Origin: a bacterium
GTDB lineage: Bacteria; Cyanobacteriota; Vampirovibrionia; Gastranaerophilales; CAZEDP01
Assembly (NCBI GenBank): GCA_043797105.1
Contig: JAZDPZ010000050.1
Coordinates: forward strand, 10,623-74,622
DNA: 64,000 nucleotides
Direction: 5' to 3'
The translations under genes were made by a program, and so were the position numbers. Below the pieces are notes generated by a model that saw nothing but the letters and a program-made list of their open reading frames with translations, made no database searches and was not told the origin of the DNA. Below are positions 61,160-64,000 of the stretch, piece after piece (the first letter of the stretch is position 1; each line of letters begins with the position of its first letter).

Positions 61160-63255
61160 TAGGCAAATTCAAATTAACCGAATTAGTTCAAAATAATGAT
61201 ATTTTACTGGCAGTCGGGCTGGTTACCATAATTGGCATGATGCTTATTCCTTTGCCTACGTTGATTCTTGATATTTTTCTTACGATTAATATTTCTTTAG
61301 CAGTAGTAATTCTTCTTGTTTGTTTATATACGACCGAACCTCTTAAATATTCTTCATTTCCTACGATATTGCTTATTACTACTTTATTCAGGCTTGGATT
61401 GAATGTAAGTTCTACAAGATTGATTTTACTTCAGGCTAATGCGGGTGATGTTATTACTGCTTTCGGAAATTTCGTGGTTGGAGGAAATTATGTAGTTGGA
61501 GTTGTAATATTTGTAATTCTTGTAGTTATAAATTTTATGGTTATTACAAACGGCGCCGGCAGGGTTGCAGAGGTAGCAGCCAGATTTACTCTGGATGCCA
61601 TGCCTGGAAAACAATTAAGCATAGATGCTGATTTAAACTCTGGATTGCTAAATGAGAGCGAAGCAAAGGCAAAAAGAAGGAAAATTGAAAGAGAAGCTGA
61701 TTTTTACGGAACTATGGATGGCGCAAGCAAATTTGTAAAAGGAGATGCTACAGCCGGTATAGTTATTACATTTATCAATATTGCCGGTGGATTAATTATA
61801 GGAATGTGGCAGTTAAATATGAGATTTCAGGATGCATTGGCAACATATACTATTTTAACGGTAGGGGATGGTCTTGTTTCTCAATTGCCTGCTTTAATAA
61901 TATCAACAGCAACAGGTTTGTTGGTTACAAGAGCAAGCGGACAGGATAAATCCTTAAGTAAAGACATTGAAGATGAAATGTTTAGTGATCCCAGAATACT
62001 TGGTGTGGTTTCAGGACTTTTATTCACATTGGGAATTGTGCCGGGACTTCCGACTGTGCCATTTTTTATAATAGGCGCTGCCAGCGGATTAGTTAGTTTT
62101 TATAAATTAATGGGACAAAAGAAAAAACAGGAAGAAGAAAAGGCTAGTGAAGTCAAAACAACAGGAAAACAAAAGAAAAAAGCTTCAAAAGAAAGTGTGA
62201 TGGAACTTCTTAATGTTGAACCAATGGAAATAGAAATAGGATACAGGCTTGTTCCTCTTTTGGATATTGAACAAGGTGGAGATTTACTGGAAAGAATATC
62301 TCAAATAAGAAGGCAAACAGCTCTTGATTTTGGAATTGTTTTACCTTCTATAAGGGTTAGAGATAATTTGCAACTTGCTCCAAATTCTTACCAAATAAAG
62401 CTGAAAGGTATTCCTATTGAATTAGGAGAAGTTTATGCTGATCGTTTTCTTGCTATGAATGCCGGAATTGGAGAAACTAATCCGAATATAAAAGGAATAA
62501 AAGCTATTGAGCCTGCTTTTGGTTTACCTGCTTTGTGGGTAGAAGAAAAAGATAAAGAATATATTGAATCTATCGGATATACTGTGGTTAGCCCCTCAGC
62601 AGTCGTTTCAACTCATTTAACAGAAGTAATAAAGAAAAATGCCGCAGAAATTTTAACAAGAAGCGATGTTCAAACACTCGTTGACAATCTCAAAAAACAT
62701 TCTGAATCTTTAGTTGAAGATATATTAAAAGATAATAATATTTCTTTAGTTGAAATACAAATAGTTTTGCAAAATTTATTAAGAGAAAGAGTTTCTATAA
62801 GAGATTTACAAACAATATTAGAGGCAGTAAACACTTATAGCAGAATTAGCAAAAATCCTGATTATTTAACCGAACAGTGTAGAATGTCCCTTGCAAGAAG
62901 TATTTGCAGACAAAATCTTAGTGATACAGGAGAATTGCTTGCTATAACTTTATCACCTGATATTGAAAATAATATTGCGGCAGGAATAAGCGCGGATGGA
63001 CAAAGTTTGAGTCTTGATCCTGTCTTTACAAAAGTATTAATTGATAATCTCAACAGTGAAATAGAAAGGGTTCTAAGCAGTATTGGCAATCAACCGGTTA
63101 TTTTATGCAGCGCCGGAATAAGACTTGCATTTAAAAGATTAATAGAAAGAACTTTTCCTCAAATTAGCGTTATGTCATATAATGAAATTGCAACAAATAT
63201 AAATGCAAAGTCAGTTGGGATTATAAGATTAAATGCTATTACCTCAAAAACATAA
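61156..63255 (+). CDS. flhA: Flagellar export gate FlhA
   Basis: RVAEVAARFTLDAMPGKQLSIDADL, FYGTMDGASKFVKGDA. Confidence 0.97.
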   Translation: MIGKFKLTELVQNNDILLAVGLVTIIGMMLIPLPTLILDIFLTINISLAVVILLVCLYTTEPLKYSSFPTILLITTLFRLGLNVSSTRLILLQANAGDVITAFGNFVVGGNYVVGVVIFVILVVINFMVITNGAGRVAEVAARFTLDAMPGKQLSIDADLNSGLLNESEAKAKRRKIEREADFYGTMDGASKFVKGDATAGIVITFINIAGGLIIGMWQLNMRFQDALATYTILTVGDGLVSQLPALIISTATGLLVTRASGQDKSLSKDIEDEMFSDPRILGVVSGLLFTLGIVPGLPTVPFFIIGAASGLVSFYKLMGQKKKQEEEKASEVKTTGKQKKKASKESVMELLNVEPMEIEIGYRLVPLLDIEQGGDLLERISQIRRQTALDFGIVLPSIRVRDNLQLAPNSYQIKLKGIPIELGEVYADRFLAMNAGIGETNPNIKGIKAIEPAFGLPALWVEEKDKEYIESIGYTVVSPSAVVSTHLTEVIKKNAAEILTRSDVQTLVDNLKKHSESLVEDILKDNNISLVEIQIVLQNLLRERVSIRDLQTILEAVNTYSRISKNPDYLTEQCRMSLARSICRQNLSDTGELLAITLSPDIENNIAAGISADGQSLSLDPVFTKVLIDNLNSEIERVLSSIGNQPVILCSAGIRLAFKRLIERTFPQISVMSYNEIATNINAKSVGIIRLNAITSKT

Positions 63256-63259
63256 TATA

Positions 63260-64000
63260 ATGAGTTTAATTATTCAAAAATATCGATCAAGATTAGCTGA
63301 ATATCTTGAATTAATTAAATTTGAACATACTATATTTGCTCTGCCGTTTGCATTATCAGGCATGTTACTGGCTATACCTGACGGTTTCCCCAAAATTAAC
63401 ATTTTTATTTGGGTTATGCTGGCTATGCTTGGAGGAAGAACAGCCTCTATGGCATTGAATAGAATTATTGACGCTGATATTGATAAAGAAAATTTCAGAA
63501 CAGCAAATAGAGCAATTCCATCAGGAAGTATAAAGAAAATTTCAGCTTTTATCTTAGCATTGCTGTCATTTGGTGTTTTAATTTTTGCTGTTTGGCATCT
63601 TCCTTTGATTTGCAGACAACTTCTTCCTATTGCTATAGTTATTTTAGCATTTTATTCATATACCAAAAGATTTACTATTTTGACGCATTTGATTTTAGGT
63701 TCTGCTTTAGGTTCTGCCTCAGCAGGGGGATGGCTTGCAGTAAGCGGAACAATCACATTGCCTGTAGTTATTTGGGGTTTAGCGATAGTTTTTTGGGTTG
63801 CCGGATTTGATATTATTTATGCTATTCAGGATATTGAGTTTGATAAAAAAAATAAACTTTTCAGCATACCGGCAAAATTTGGTATTGAAATCAGTTTGTT
63901 TATATCAAAAATATTTCATATAATAACAGTAATTCTGCTGATAATTTTGGGAAAAATTTGGGGAATCGGATATTTTTACTGGATTGGATTGGTTTTTGCA
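63260..64000 (+). CDS. UbiA-family prenyltransferase, runs off window
   Basis: Manual translation MSLIIQKYRSRLAEYLELIKFEHTIFALPFA...NRIIDADIDKENFRTANRAIP...YSYTKRF; not in the ORF track. Confidence 0.9.
   Translation, partial: MSLIIQKYRSRLAEYLELIKFEHTIFALPFALSGMLLAIPDGFPKINIFIWVMLAMLGGRTASMALNRIIDADIDKENFRTANRAIPSGSIKKISAFILALLSFGVLIFAVWHLPLICRQLLPIAIVILAFYSYTKRFTILTHLILGSALGSASAGGWLAVSGTITLPVVIWGLAIVFWVAGFDIIYAIQDIEFDKKNKLFSIPAKFGIEISLFISKIFHIITVILLIILGKIWGIGYFYWIGLVFA

Noticed and set aside
63260..64000. UbiA gene as DGGGP synthase partnering CarS
   Set aside because: The KFEHTIFALPFA and YSYTKRF motifs fit quinone-pathway prenyltransferases, and it lies 46 kb from carS

Overview
A very AT-rich bacterial chromosome segment. 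The gene content (flagellar export and chemosensory genes, csaB next to a wecB/tagA-type gene, smc-scpA) suggests a non-photosynthetic cyanobacterial relative such as Melainabacteria; this is inference only. From left to right: the end of a decayed Mu-like prophage (two DNA methylases, gpF, portal, truncated MuA joined to a probable terminase tail) abutting tRNA-fMet; a Wsp-like chemosensory/c-di-GMP cluster; pcrA; an archaeal-type CDP-archaeol synthase; a GH77 amylomaltase; a soluble FlhA cytoplasmic-domain paralogue; a SIR2 gene followed by a GIY-YIG nuclease enclosed by inverted REP-like hairpins; smc-scpA followed by a defence-like patch (PRTase-DprA, HEPN-MNT, a Fic gene between 64-bp direct repeats, SWIM-SNF2); housekeeping genes (ftsEX, split transketolase, csaB, uvrB, thiG); and fliPQR-flhBA. 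The most notable observations are: (1) a dispersed TGTCAT-headed palindromic repeat family, one pair of which encloses a GIY-YIG nuclease like a REP/mobiliser unit; (2) a membrane-less FlhA paralogue, plus four signal-peptide-less genes sharing a fixed-spacing upstream motif; (3) an archaeal-like CarS. All family assignments come from motif recognition, not from database searches.
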